Positions 50,291 to 58,580 of a stretch of DNA of 64,000 nt are shown here, in pieces. This DNA comes from Gammaproteobacteria bacterium. GTDB lineage: Bacteria; Pseudomonadota; Gammaproteobacteria; G965277405. A program made the translations under genes and the position numbers. How positions within the stretch are numbered: position 1 is the first letter of the stretch; every line of letters begins with the position of its first letter. The notes beneath the pieces are model-generated. The model saw nothing but the letters and a program-made list of their open reading frames with translations, did not search any database and had not been told where the DNA came from. The DNA is taken from the NCBI GenBank assembly GCA_965277405.1, contig OZ255726.1:1636580-1700579 (forward strand). The letters run 5' to 3'.

Positions 50291-51754
50291 ATGCGCATTT
50301 ACCTAGCACCTGTATTTGTGACAATCCTTTGGATTACTTCTTCTTCAATAACAACAACTTACGCTGCTAGCGATATTGAGCAGCGTAAGCTGCAGATGCA
50401 GCAGAGCATAAATAAGCAAAAAAAAATCTTTGCAGCTTACAAGCGCAATAGTAAAAACGAGTTTGAAGCCTATCGTGCCCAGCAACAGGAAACTTTAAAA
50501 AAAGCAATTAAAGAAAACTGGCGCCAATTTCAAATTTACAAAGCAGACTTCAGCTTGCTTGGCAACAAGCCGCAAAACCAACCAGCCTACGGCAACCAGG
50601 TTAAACATCAACTAGCAGCCAAATCACCAAATCTCAAAACATCAATTGTAAAACCTAGGGATGGTCATCTTTCACAGCAAAAAACAGCAAACACGCAGCC
50701 ACTTAATCTGTATGGAATGACGTTATCTATGCCTGTGGTCACGCAGCCAGTCATGTCAGCAGGAGCAGACAAACAGGCAATTACTGACTATCTACAAGTA
50801 AACCCAGATTACGAAAAAAAGTTAGTTGTGTTTGCCCGTGATACTGCAGAGCGACTCCACCTTGACGATTGGGGTACATACTTGCTGATGCGTGAAATAG
50901 CACGGCAGCTCTACCCAGATAGCTGGCAAACCAGACGCCTTGCCCAATGGAAATGGATGAATCAGCTTGGCTACGATCTGCGCATAGCCGAAACAAGCAA
51001 CGAATTACGTTTACTACTACCAGTCACCCAGACAATATATGGTCACTCATACATATTTATAGAAGGCAATAAATACTATCTTGATACCCCAGCTGGTAGC
51101 GACTTGCACACCTATCCACAACAATTTGATAAACTTGCAGCCATAGAGAATATCAACCCAACACAAGTGCGGTGGTCTGATGACAAGCAGAATATTCATG
51201 TTCGCCAGCTTGATTATTCCAACGATGGCGAACACTACCAAATTACGCTTAAGTTCGATATACGTACACTGCGGATGATGCAGGATTATCCGCAAATGAT
51301 TTTTTCTCGATATTTTAAAACACCTCTTTCGCCAAAACTTGAACAATCACTCAAAGATCAGCTCATGCCTGTGCTTGCAGGCAAGAGCAAATATCAGCAG
51401 GCAAGTCTGCTGCTTAAGTTGGTACAGAAATCTCTCGCCTACCAGACTGATCAACAACAGTTTGGCAAGGAAAACTACCTATTTGCCGAAGAATCTATAG
51501 GGTTTCCATATGCCGACTGTGAAGACAGAGCTATTCTGTATGCTTGGCTGGTGCATGAGCTGCTCGACCTTCCCTATCTGGTACTGCTATACCCTAACCA
51601 CCTGACTACGGCCATAGCTCTGAACGGAACAGGTGACACAATTCATTATGGCAATACCATCTATCTGATAGCTGACCCAACATACATAGGGGCACCAATC
51701 GGTAAAGCCATGCATCCGCAGATAGAGCCAAAGATTATTTATGCTTCACAATAG
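50291..51754 (+). CDS. secreted protein with C-terminal transglutaminase-like cysteine-protease fold
   Basis: Signal peptide ..TTTYAAS. Candidate Cys/His/Asp triad in YADCEDRAILYAWLV, YPNHLTTAIAL and LIADPTY. Confidence 0.55.
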   Translation: MRIYLAPVFVTILWITSSSITTTYAASDIEQRKLQMQQSINKQKKIFAAYKRNSKNEFEAYRAQQQETLKKAIKENWRQFQIYKADFSLLGNKPQNQPAYGNQVKHQLAAKSPNLKTSIVKPRDGHLSQQKTANTQPLNLYGMTLSMPVVTQPVMSAGADKQAITDYLQVNPDYEKKLVVFARDTAERLHLDDWGTYLLMREIARQLYPDSWQTRRLAQWKWMNQLGYDLRIAETSNELRLLLPVTQTIYGHSYIFIEGNKYYLDTPAGSDLHTYPQQFDKLAAIENINPTQVRWSDDKQNIHVRQLDYSNDGEHYQITLKFDIRTLRMMQDYPQMIFSRYFKTPLSPKLEQSLKDQLMPVLAGKSKYQQASLLLKLVQKSLAYQTDQQQFGKENYLFAEESIGFPYADCEDRAILYAWLVHELLDLPYLVLLYPNHLTTAIALNGTGDTIHYGNTIYLIADPTYIGAPIGKAMHPQIEPKIIYASQ

Positions 51755-51784
51755 AGCGTTGTTTTGGTGTTATACATGCGCTGT

Positions 51785-52039
51785 TGCGGTACTTGCTGTG
51801 TTGCAACCTTTGGTGTATATGCTCCGGCATGCGCCTGCGGAATGCGCCTTGCAATCATCAGCAATTGCAGCAATTGCAGCAAACCGTTGTATATTCAACA
51901 GAATGACGGGAAAAAACGCTGCGATAACGTCGTTGCAGCACTTGATAATACCACCAGTATTATCAAGTGTTGCGCTTCAGTTATCATCAGCGTGTTTGCT
52001 TAGTCTCGCCCATTATTGAGTTAATCAGAGCTTCCTTAA
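51785..52039. mobile_element. rearranged RE295 copy 11 (right-arm interior in + orientation fused to left half in - orientation; only one terminal repeat)
   Basis: GCGGTACTTGCTGTGTTGCAACC..CCTTGCAATCATCAGCAATTGCAG, then CAATTGCAGCAAACCGTTGTATATTCAACAGAATGACGGGAAAAAACGCTGCG...CCCATTATTGAGTTAATCAGAGCTTCCTTAA. Confidence 0.8.
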
Positions 52040-52048
52040 TAAGTTATA

Positions 52049-53137
52049 ATGACCCCATCTGCTCTATACCAACAAAAAATTGACACAGGCGAAATCTGTG
52101 CGGATTGCATACAACAGCAGGCTTTGGTTGAACTTGATGGCTTGCATCTGGCGGTTATTAGCTTTTTTGAACGCAGCCGTTCATTGCTGTCGTGGAAAAA
52201 GCCCAAGCAACCGCACGGGTTATATCTGTGGGGTGAGGTTGGTCGTGGCAAAACATTTTTGCTGGATTTGCTTTACGAATCATTGCCACATTGCCGCTGT
52301 CAGCGGATTCATTTTGCCCGTTTCATGCAATGGCTACATGGGCAATTACAATTAAGAGTTGGCAGTAAAAATCCACTGCAGCGGATTGCCGCTGCATATT
52401 GCAGGCAATATGCGGTGCTGTGCTTTGATGAGCTGTACGTCAATGATATTGGTGATGCGATGTTGTTGGGTGAGTTTTTTGCGGCGATGTATCGCCACGG
52501 GATGGTGTTCATTAGCACCTCAAATAGCCACCCAGATGATTTGTATAAAGAAGGGTTACAGCGCAGTCGGTTTCTGCCTGCTATTGCCAGCATTCATCAG
52601 CACAATACCGTCTATCATTTAGGCGGGTCCCATGATTATCGATTGCGCATGCTAACAGAAAATGCTTTATTTTATATCAACAGCGATGCTGCGCAAGCAC
52701 AGCAGCATATGCGGCTGTTGTTCACCCGCTTATCTGGCAACCAACAATTATATCAAGAAGATACTGTTGAGCTCACTGCGCGTCAAGTTGCCATAGTTGT
52801 CGCGTCAGATGAGGTGTTATGGATGACGTTTGCACAAATGTGTGAAAGTGCACGGAGCAACTTTGATTATATTGAAATCTCAACAAGATTCAAAATTGTC
52901 ATGCTTAGTCATGTCCCTAAAATTACCAATGACGATGCTGCTCGGCGCTTTGTTGGCTTGATTGATGAACTGTATGCAAGCCACACGGTGTTGGTGTTGC
53001 ATAGTTATGCGCAGCTTGACCAACTGTATAATCAAAAAAAATTAGCATTTGCTTTTCAAAGAACAATCAGCAGGCTGATTGAAATGCAATCTGATGCATA
53101 CGTTGCACTGTGTGCCATCGAGGCACGGTTGCAGTAG
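52049..53137 (+). CDS. zapE: AFG1-family ATPase ZapE
   Basis: Walker A GEVGRGKTFLLD and Walker B LCFDELYV. 362 aa. Confidence 0.85.
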   Translation: MTPSALYQQKIDTGEICADCIQQQALVELDGLHLAVISFFERSRSLLSWKKPKQPHGLYLWGEVGRGKTFLLDLLYESLPHCRCQRIHFARFMQWLHGQLQLRVGSKNPLQRIAAAYCRQYAVLCFDELYVNDIGDAMLLGEFFAAMYRHGMVFISTSNSHPDDLYKEGLQRSRFLPAIASIHQHNTVYHLGGSHDYRLRMLTENALFYINSDAAQAQQHMRLLFTRLSGNQQLYQEDTVELTARQVAIVVASDEVLWMTFAQMCESARSNFDYIEISTRFKIVMLSHVPKITNDDAARRFVGLIDELYASHTVLVLHSYAQLDQLYNQKKLAFAFQRTISRLIEMQSDAYVALCAIEARLQ

Positions 53138-53146
53138 CTTTGGTGA

Positions 53147-53851
53147 TTATAGTTGCCAGTCGATTGGTTGGATGGCGTGATTCTGTAAATATGTGTTGGT
53201 TGCTGAAAAAGGCCTGCTACCAAAAAAACCATTGTGTGCCGAAAAGGGTGATGGATGTGCGCTGGCAATAATGTGATTGTGGGTAGGGTCGATTCCTGCT
53301 GCCTTGCGTTGCGCGTATTTGCCCCAGAGGATGTATACAATGTTGTGGTGATGTTGTTGCAAACGCGCGATGATTTGATCAGTAATCCATTCCCAACCTT
53401 GCCCCGCGTGTGATGCGGCAGCGCCAGCGCGGACAGTCAGCACGCTGTTTAATAGCAACACTCCTTGTTGTGCCCATGCTGTTAAATCACCTTTTCCTGC
53501 GTTTTGAATAGATATATCCGCATACATTTCAGTATGGATATTGCGCAATGATGGCGGAATCTGTATACCATTTGCCACAGAAAATGCTAGCCCCATCGCC
53601 TGTCCTGGGCCATGGTATGGGTCTTGTCCGAGCATAACAACTTTCACAGTATCGACTGGCGTGCACTGCAGTGCTGTATAGATGAGATGGCGAGGTGGGT
53701 ATACGGTATGTTGCAGTTGTTGCTGTTGTAAAAAAGTTCCAAGTTGCAGCGCCTGTGGCTGGATTAGGCAGTCAGCTAGCAGTGACTGCCACGATGATTC
53801 AAGCACGGCTGTGATTGTTTCGATTGTCGAATTTGATGGGCAATTTTCCAT
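53147..53851 (-). CDS. ung: uracil-DNA glycosylase
   Basis: GQDPYHGPGQAMGLAFSV and HPSPFSA motifs. 234 aa. Confidence 0.94.
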   Translation of the reverse strand: MENCPSNSTIETITAVLESSWQSLLADCLIQPQALQLGTFLQQQQLQHTVYPPRHLIYTALQCTPVDTVKVVMLGQDPYHGPGQAMGLAFSVANGIQIPPSLRNIHTEMYADISIQNAGKGDLTAWAQQGVLLLNSVLTVRAGAAASHAGQGWEWITDQIIARLQQHHHNIVYILWGKYAQRKAAGIDPTHNHIIASAHPSPFSAHNGFFGSRPFSATNTYLQNHAIQPIDWQL

Positions 53852-53912
53852 GATGGCATTGGTAATGGCAGTAGTTTTTCGTACAATGGATTTTTTTATT
53901 CCGCATAAGTAT

Positions 53913-54509
53913 ATGGAAAAAATAATATATGGGCTGGTAATTACATTACTTGCTGGCTGTGGAGCATCAACGCCAACATTAGACGAAGTGCGTGCTGTAT
54001 CTGAGTGCTATTATCCAGATACTGTAGATGTTGAAGGGCCTGCTTGGGTGTGTGATGGTCCAGTTGATGGTGTTGCGCTCAAAGCAGTTGGTGTTGCTGA
54101 GCCAACGCAGGCAGGTTTTGCATTTCAACGCAGAATTGCACAAAATAATGCACAAATTGAGATAGCTGTGCGGGTTCGCAGCAGAGTGCGCGACATCATT
54201 CGGCAATATACTGAGCAAATCGGCAATGTGCCTGAAGAGCAAACGAATGCCGTGATTACAGTTACCACACAAACAATTACTGATGTGACGCTGCAGCAAG
54301 TAGAACTGTTCGCAAGTATCAAATCCCCGAATAATTATTTCTATGTGTTGATGGGGATTACCGATGATAATTTTAATGCGTTTTTAGATACCGCATTACG
54401 CTCTAGCATACAACAGAATGCTGATGACTGGGGAGCATTTCTAGATTTACACAATCAAGATCAGGAGTTACTTGCAAAAGAACTTATTACAAAAGGAATA
54501 GGTTCATAA
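53913..54509 (+). CDS. LPP20-like lipoprotein, paralog of 44868..45458
   Basis: Lipobox LLAGC. CYYPDTVDVEGPAWVCDGPVDG parallels CVFPDAAGGDAPLWVCHERLDG. ..FYVLMGI. The track ORF from 53682 is a spurious extension antisense to ung. Confidence 0.6.
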   Translation: MEKIIYGLVITLLAGCGASTPTLDEVRAVSECYYPDTVDVEGPAWVCDGPVDGVALKAVGVAEPTQAGFAFQRRIAQNNAQIEIAVRVRSRVRDIIRQYTEQIGNVPEEQTNAVITVTTQTITDVTLQQVELFASIKSPNNYFYVLMGITDDNFNAFLDTALRSSIQQNADDWGAFLDLHNQDQELLAKELITKGIGS

Positions 54510-54645
54510 ATTATTGCAAAAAAGCTATCACATATGTATTGGTTTCTATACATTACCCATACTTGCACTACAACTCAGCATGCCACTGATGCAAGTTTCT
54601 TTCATAACCCCGTGAGTGTAGTCGCGGAAAACTGGTAATAATTAT

Positions 54646-56319
54646 ATGTCAGACTCATTTGCTCAGCTCGTTGAGAACCAAGAATTTTCCATTCCTGATT
54701 ATAAGATTGGTTCGATTATCGACTGTACAGTCCTTCGTGTTGAAAAAGATTTCATCACTGTTGATTCTGGACTCAAATCAGAAACATACATCCCCGTTTC
54801 TGAGTTTATATCCAAGAAGAATGGCAACACAGATGTAAACATAGGCGATATAGTTAAAGTGATTCTTGAACAATACGAGGATGGCTTTGGCGTTACGACC
54901 TTGTCGCGTGAGAAAGCGCAAGAACAAGAAATTTGGATGAAGCTTGACGAAGCGCACCGTGAGCAAAGTAATATTGAAGGCGATATTTTAGAGCGCGTAA
55001 AAGGCGGATTTAGTGTGATGATAGGTGCACTCCGCGCGTTCTTGCCAGGATCACTTGTTGATTCTCGACCGATTCAAGACCCAGAGTCACTCGAACACAC
55101 CACCAGCTTATTTAAAATTGTTAAGATGGATCGTGAGCGCAATAATATTGTGGTTTCGCGGAAGGCAGTGCTTGAAGAAGAAAACTCTGCTGAACGCGAA
55201 GCGTTACTGGAGACTTTGAAAGAAGGTGCTATCTACAAAGGTATTGTGAAGAACTTGACAGATTATGGTGCGTTTGTCGATTTAGGTGGCATTGATGGCT
55301 TGCTACATATTACCGATATGTCATGGCGTAGAATTCGCAATCCAAGTGAAATGGTTGCGATTGGTGATGAAATCGAAGTCATTGTATTAAAATACGTTGC
55401 AGAAGAACAACGGGTATCGCTGGGGCTACGCCAGTTACAACCAAACCCATGGGAAAACATTGAGGAGCGGTTTATGATTGGCAACAAATATACTGCAACA
55501 GTAACCAATCTTACCGACTACGGTTGTTTTGCAGAAATTGAAGACGGCATCGAAGGCTTGGTGCATGTGTCTGAAATGGACTGGACAAATAAAAACATCC
55601 ACCCTTCAAAAGTCGTGACTGTTGGCGATGAAATTGAAGTGATGATGTTGAATGTTGACAAAATGAGTCGACGCATTTCTCTTGGTATGAAGCAATGTAC
55701 GGCAAATCCATGGGAAGAGTTTATTAATAAATACCAAGCAAACGACACAATTAAAGGCCCCATTAAATCTATCACGGACTTTGGTTTGTTTATTGGTCTT
55801 GAAGGAAATATTGATGGGCTGGTGCATCTCAGTGATATTGACTGGGCGTTACCTGGCGAAGAAGCCATCAAACAGTATTCTCGCGGAATGGAAATTGAAG
55901 CGTTGATATTGAATATAGATGGTGAACGTGAACGGATATCATTGGGCATTAAACAGCTGCGCAATGATCCATTTATCACCTTCACCACGGTAAACAGTAA
56001 AGGTTCAATTGTTATTGGCAAAGTGACTGCAGTTGATGAGCGCTTGGTAACGCTTGAGCTAGAACAACATGTGATAGGTACTGTTAAAGTTGGTGAGTTG
56101 AGCAGAGATAAAGTCACCGACGCCACGACAGCAGTAGAAATAGGCCAGACAATAGAAGCTAAAATTTTACTGATTGACAGGAAAACACGTTCAATAAGTT
56201 TGTCTGTGCGTGCGAAAGACATTCAACAAGACAAGCAAGCAATGCGTGATCTTAATAAGCAGTCTCCCAAAGTTGCGACAATCGGCGATTTGATTAAAGA
56301 ACAAATTGTGGATAAATAA
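54646..56319 (+). CDS. rpsA: 30S ribosomal protein S1
   Basis: 557 aa with six S1-domain repeats (G..V.G.V..L.D.GAFV.L type). Confidence 0.96.
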   Translation: MSDSFAQLVENQEFSIPDYKIGSIIDCTVLRVEKDFITVDSGLKSETYIPVSEFISKKNGNTDVNIGDIVKVILEQYEDGFGVTTLSREKAQEQEIWMKLDEAHREQSNIEGDILERVKGGFSVMIGALRAFLPGSLVDSRPIQDPESLEHTTSLFKIVKMDRERNNIVVSRKAVLEEENSAEREALLETLKEGAIYKGIVKNLTDYGAFVDLGGIDGLLHITDMSWRRIRNPSEMVAIGDEIEVIVLKYVAEEQRVSLGLRQLQPNPWENIEERFMIGNKYTATVTNLTDYGCFAEIEDGIEGLVHVSEMDWTNKNIHPSKVVTVGDEIEVMMLNVDKMSRRISLGMKQCTANPWEEFINKYQANDTIKGPIKSITDFGLFIGLEGNIDGLVHLSDIDWALPGEEAIKQYSRGMEIEALILNIDGERERISLGIKQLRNDPFITFTTVNSKGSIVIGKVTAVDERLVTLELEQHVIGTVKVGELSRDKVTDATTAVEIGQTIEAKILLIDRKTRSISLSVRAKDIQQDKQAMRDLNKQSPKVATIGDLIKEQIVDK

Positions 56320-56328
56320 ACTAACAAC

Positions 56329-56628
56329 GTGAAAAAAAGTGAAATTCATCTGGATCTGGTAAAACAATTACCTGCTCTTGACCATGGTAAAGCCCAGTTG
56401 GCTGTGGATGTGATTATTGCAACGATTGCAAAAGGTCTGGCAGATGGTGATTTTTTACACGTTAAAGGTTTTGGTAGATTATACATGCGTGCCCGCAAAC
56501 CGTGTACGTTATACAACCCAAAGCTGAATAAAAAAGTAGAAGTTGGTCCGCGACTTACCTGTTTATTTCGACCTGCAGCATCTTTACAGCAACGTTTAAA
56601 TAACAACGTTACTGGGCAATATGATTAG
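56329..56628 (+). CDS. ihfB: integration host factor beta-like (HU/IHF family), divergent
   Basis: GTG start. VKGFGRLYMRARKP..NPK..KKVEV..RLTCLFRPAASL parallels the IHF-beta layout. The position after rpsA supports the call. Confidence 0.75.
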   Translation: MKKSEIHLDLVKQLPALDHGKAQLAVDVIIATIAKGLADGDFLHVKGFGRLYMRARKPCTLYNPKLNKKVEVGPRLTCLFRPAASLQQRLNNNVTGQYD

Positions 56629-56938
56629 GTTGATCAAACGGTTATGCTATGTTGCTATAATTGTATTACTGTTTTTTTTGGCGATGTTATTTACTCGCAA
56701 CAATGCAACAGAGCTTGTCATAGATTTTTGGGTGTGGCAAACTCCGCCTGTCTACGCTGGGGTGTGGTTCATCATTATTTTTGTTGCAGGCATGACCCTG
56801 ACGGCTATTCCTTGGGCTATCCAGCGCAGTTTTTATCGTCACAGCGTTACCAGCCTCAAACGCAAGCTGGCAGCAGCAAACACGCTTAAGGAACCTCTGA
56901 TTAATTCCATGATGGGCGAGACGGAGAAAAAACGCTGA
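56621..56938 (+). CDS. lapA: LapA-like (YciS/DUF1049) inner-membrane protein with RE295-derived C-terminal tail
   Basis: Two TM segments and synteny after ihfB. The last 17 codons plus stop ([17 protein letters not shown]) are read from the RE295 left arm. Confidence 0.65.
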   Translation: MIRLIKRLCYVAIIVLLFFLAMLFTRNNATELVIDFWVWQTPPVYAGVWFIIIFVAGMTLTAIPWAIQRSFYRHSVTSLKRKLAAANTLKEPLINSMMGETEKKR

Positions 56939-57174
56939 TGATAACTAGACGCAGTACGCAGATAATACTGGTGGTCTTGTGGGTATTGCCAAGTGCTGCA
57001 ACGACGTTATCGCAGCGTTTTTTCCCGTCCTTCTGTTGAATATACTTTGGGTTTGCTGCAGCGGTACTTGCTGTGTTGCATCCCTTGGCGTATATGCTAC
57101 GGCATGCGCCTTGCAATCATCAGCAATTGCAGGCAAACTCGCTCCATCAGCGAGTTAATCAGAGCTTTCCTAAG
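56886..57174 (+). mobile_element. RE295 element, near-full copy 12
   Basis: TTAAGGAACCTCTGATTAATTCCATGATGGGCGAGACGGAG ... CATCAGCGAGTTAATCAGAGCTTTCCTAAG. Confidence 0.9.
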
Positions 57175-57201
57175 CTATAACGCAACACAATAGTTTTGCT
57201 G

Positions 57202-57927
57202 ATGGCGCTGTATTGTATTGCCGATCTTCATCTTGACACGCCAACTCATAAAAATGCGCGCTTTGAACAATGGTGCACGGCTATTCAAAATGATTGCGAG
57301 CATTTATATATTCTTGGTGACCTGTTTGAAGCATGGATTGGTGACGATGCTATGGTATCGTGGCATCAGCAAATTGCTCAGATGCTGGCAACTATGTCGT
57401 ATGCTATTTCGCTTCAGCACGGCAATCGTGATTTCTTGTTAGGACAGCAGTTTGTAGCACTTGCTGGCGCACAGTTGCTTGGTGATGTGTATTACCGACA
57501 GGCATCGTCGCAGGCTCAGGCATTGTTAATGCTCCATGGTGATACGTTATGCACTGATGATGTGCAGTATCAACAATTACGCCAACGGCTACGTAGTCAA
57601 CAATGGCAAGAAACATTTTTGCAAAAAAGTGTGGATGCACGTGCTCAAGAAGCGCTTGATTTGCGCAAGCGCAGCAAGCAAGCCGTTCAGGAAAAATCAC
57701 CAGCAATTATGGATGTCAATGCCGCCGCATGTGCGGCGCTGTTTGCCCAGTATCCATCCGTTAATTTAATGGTGCATGGGCATACGCATCGACCTTTTGT
57801 ACATATATATCCTGCCGATAAACATCGTATTGTTGTGGGTGATTGGCGCGAAGCAGGTTTTTATTTTGCGCGGGTTGATGCGCATGATTGCACATTGCAT
57901 TATCAGGCTTGGCATGAGGTAGATTAG
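57202..57927 (+). CDS. lpxH: UDP-2,3-diacylglucosamine diphosphatase
   Basis: IADLHL, GDLFEAWIGDD, GNRDFLL and HGHTHRP metallophosphatase motifs. Confidence 0.92.
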   Translation: MALYCIADLHLDTPTHKNARFEQWCTAIQNDCEHLYILGDLFEAWIGDDAMVSWHQQIAQMLATMSYAISLQHGNRDFLLGQQFVALAGAQLLGDVYYRQASSQAQALLMLHGDTLCTDDVQYQQLRQRLRSQQWQETFLQKSVDARAQEALDLRKRSKQAVQEKSPAIMDVNAAACAALFAQYPSVNLMVHGHTHRPFVHIYPADKHRIVVGDWREAGFYFARVDAHDCTLHYQAWHEVD

Positions 57928-57936
57928 CCGTATATG

Positions 57937-58060
57937 CAATTTGCTGACGCTTGCTGGCCATCCCTTGGCGTATATGCTACGGCATGCGCTTAGCGCCTTG
58001 CAATCACCAGCAATTGCTAATTAACTCGCTCCATCAGCGAGTGAATCAGAGCTTCCTTAG
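57937..58060 (+). mobile_element. RE295 element, right half only (copy 13)
   Basis: ..CATCCCTTGGCGTATATGCTACGGCATGCGCTTAGCGCCTTGCAATCACCAGCAATTGC...CATCAGCGAGTGAATCAGAGCTTCCTTAG. Confidence 0.85.
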
Positions 58061-58480
58061 CTACAACGAAGATTTACTCTTTGCTGATTTAGAGCAATTT
58101 AAGCAAAAACTGGCTAACTGGTTAGGGAAACTCTGATTAAGTCCATGATGGGCGAGACGGAGAAAAAACGCTGATGATAACTTAAGCGCAGTGCGCAGAT
58201 AATACTGGTGGTATTATCAAGTGCTGCAACGACGTTAGCGCAGCGTTTTTTTCCGTCCTTCTGTTGAATATATGATGGTTTGCTGCAATTGCTGCGCTTG
58301 CTGTGTTGCATCCCTTGGCGTATATGCTACGGCATGCGCTTAGCGGTTTGCGCCTTGCAATCATCAGCAATTGCAGGCAAACTCGCTCCATCAGCGACTT
58401 AATCAGAGCTTCCTTAGTGTGGTACAACTATGAGCGACCTCATCATTCACATAACAAAAACCACCTATTCAAGCTATGCT
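58061..58480 (+). pseudogene. rve-type (IS3/IS481-like) transposase C-terminal remnant, split by RE295 copy 14
   Basis: The left piece is ..YNEDLLFADLEQFKQKLANW (58061-58121) and the right piece is VWYNYERPHHS.. (58418-). Removing the element restores ANWLVWYNYERPH in frame. Confidence 0.55.
58122..58417 (+). mobile_element. RE295 element, near-full copy 14
   Basis: TTAGGGAAACTCTGATTAAGTCCATGATGGGCGAGACGGAG ... CATCAGCGACTTAATCAGAGCTTCCTTAG, with TTAG on both flanks. Confidence 0.9.
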
Positions 58481-58580
58481 ACTCTGTCAACCTCAGTGCA
58501 ATATGTATTGGACGCATACACACACTTGAATTGGTGGTTTTAGGTCGTACAATACCCATACATTTATTTTGGAGACACAC

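Noticed and set aside
55518-56222. Long antisense ORFs inside well-supported genes, for example 55518..56222 in rpsA, 3368..4036, 126..767, 62832..63338 and 33982..34389
   Set aside because: They lie opposite clearly conserved genes and have biased or low-complexity composition. They are typical shadow ORFs.
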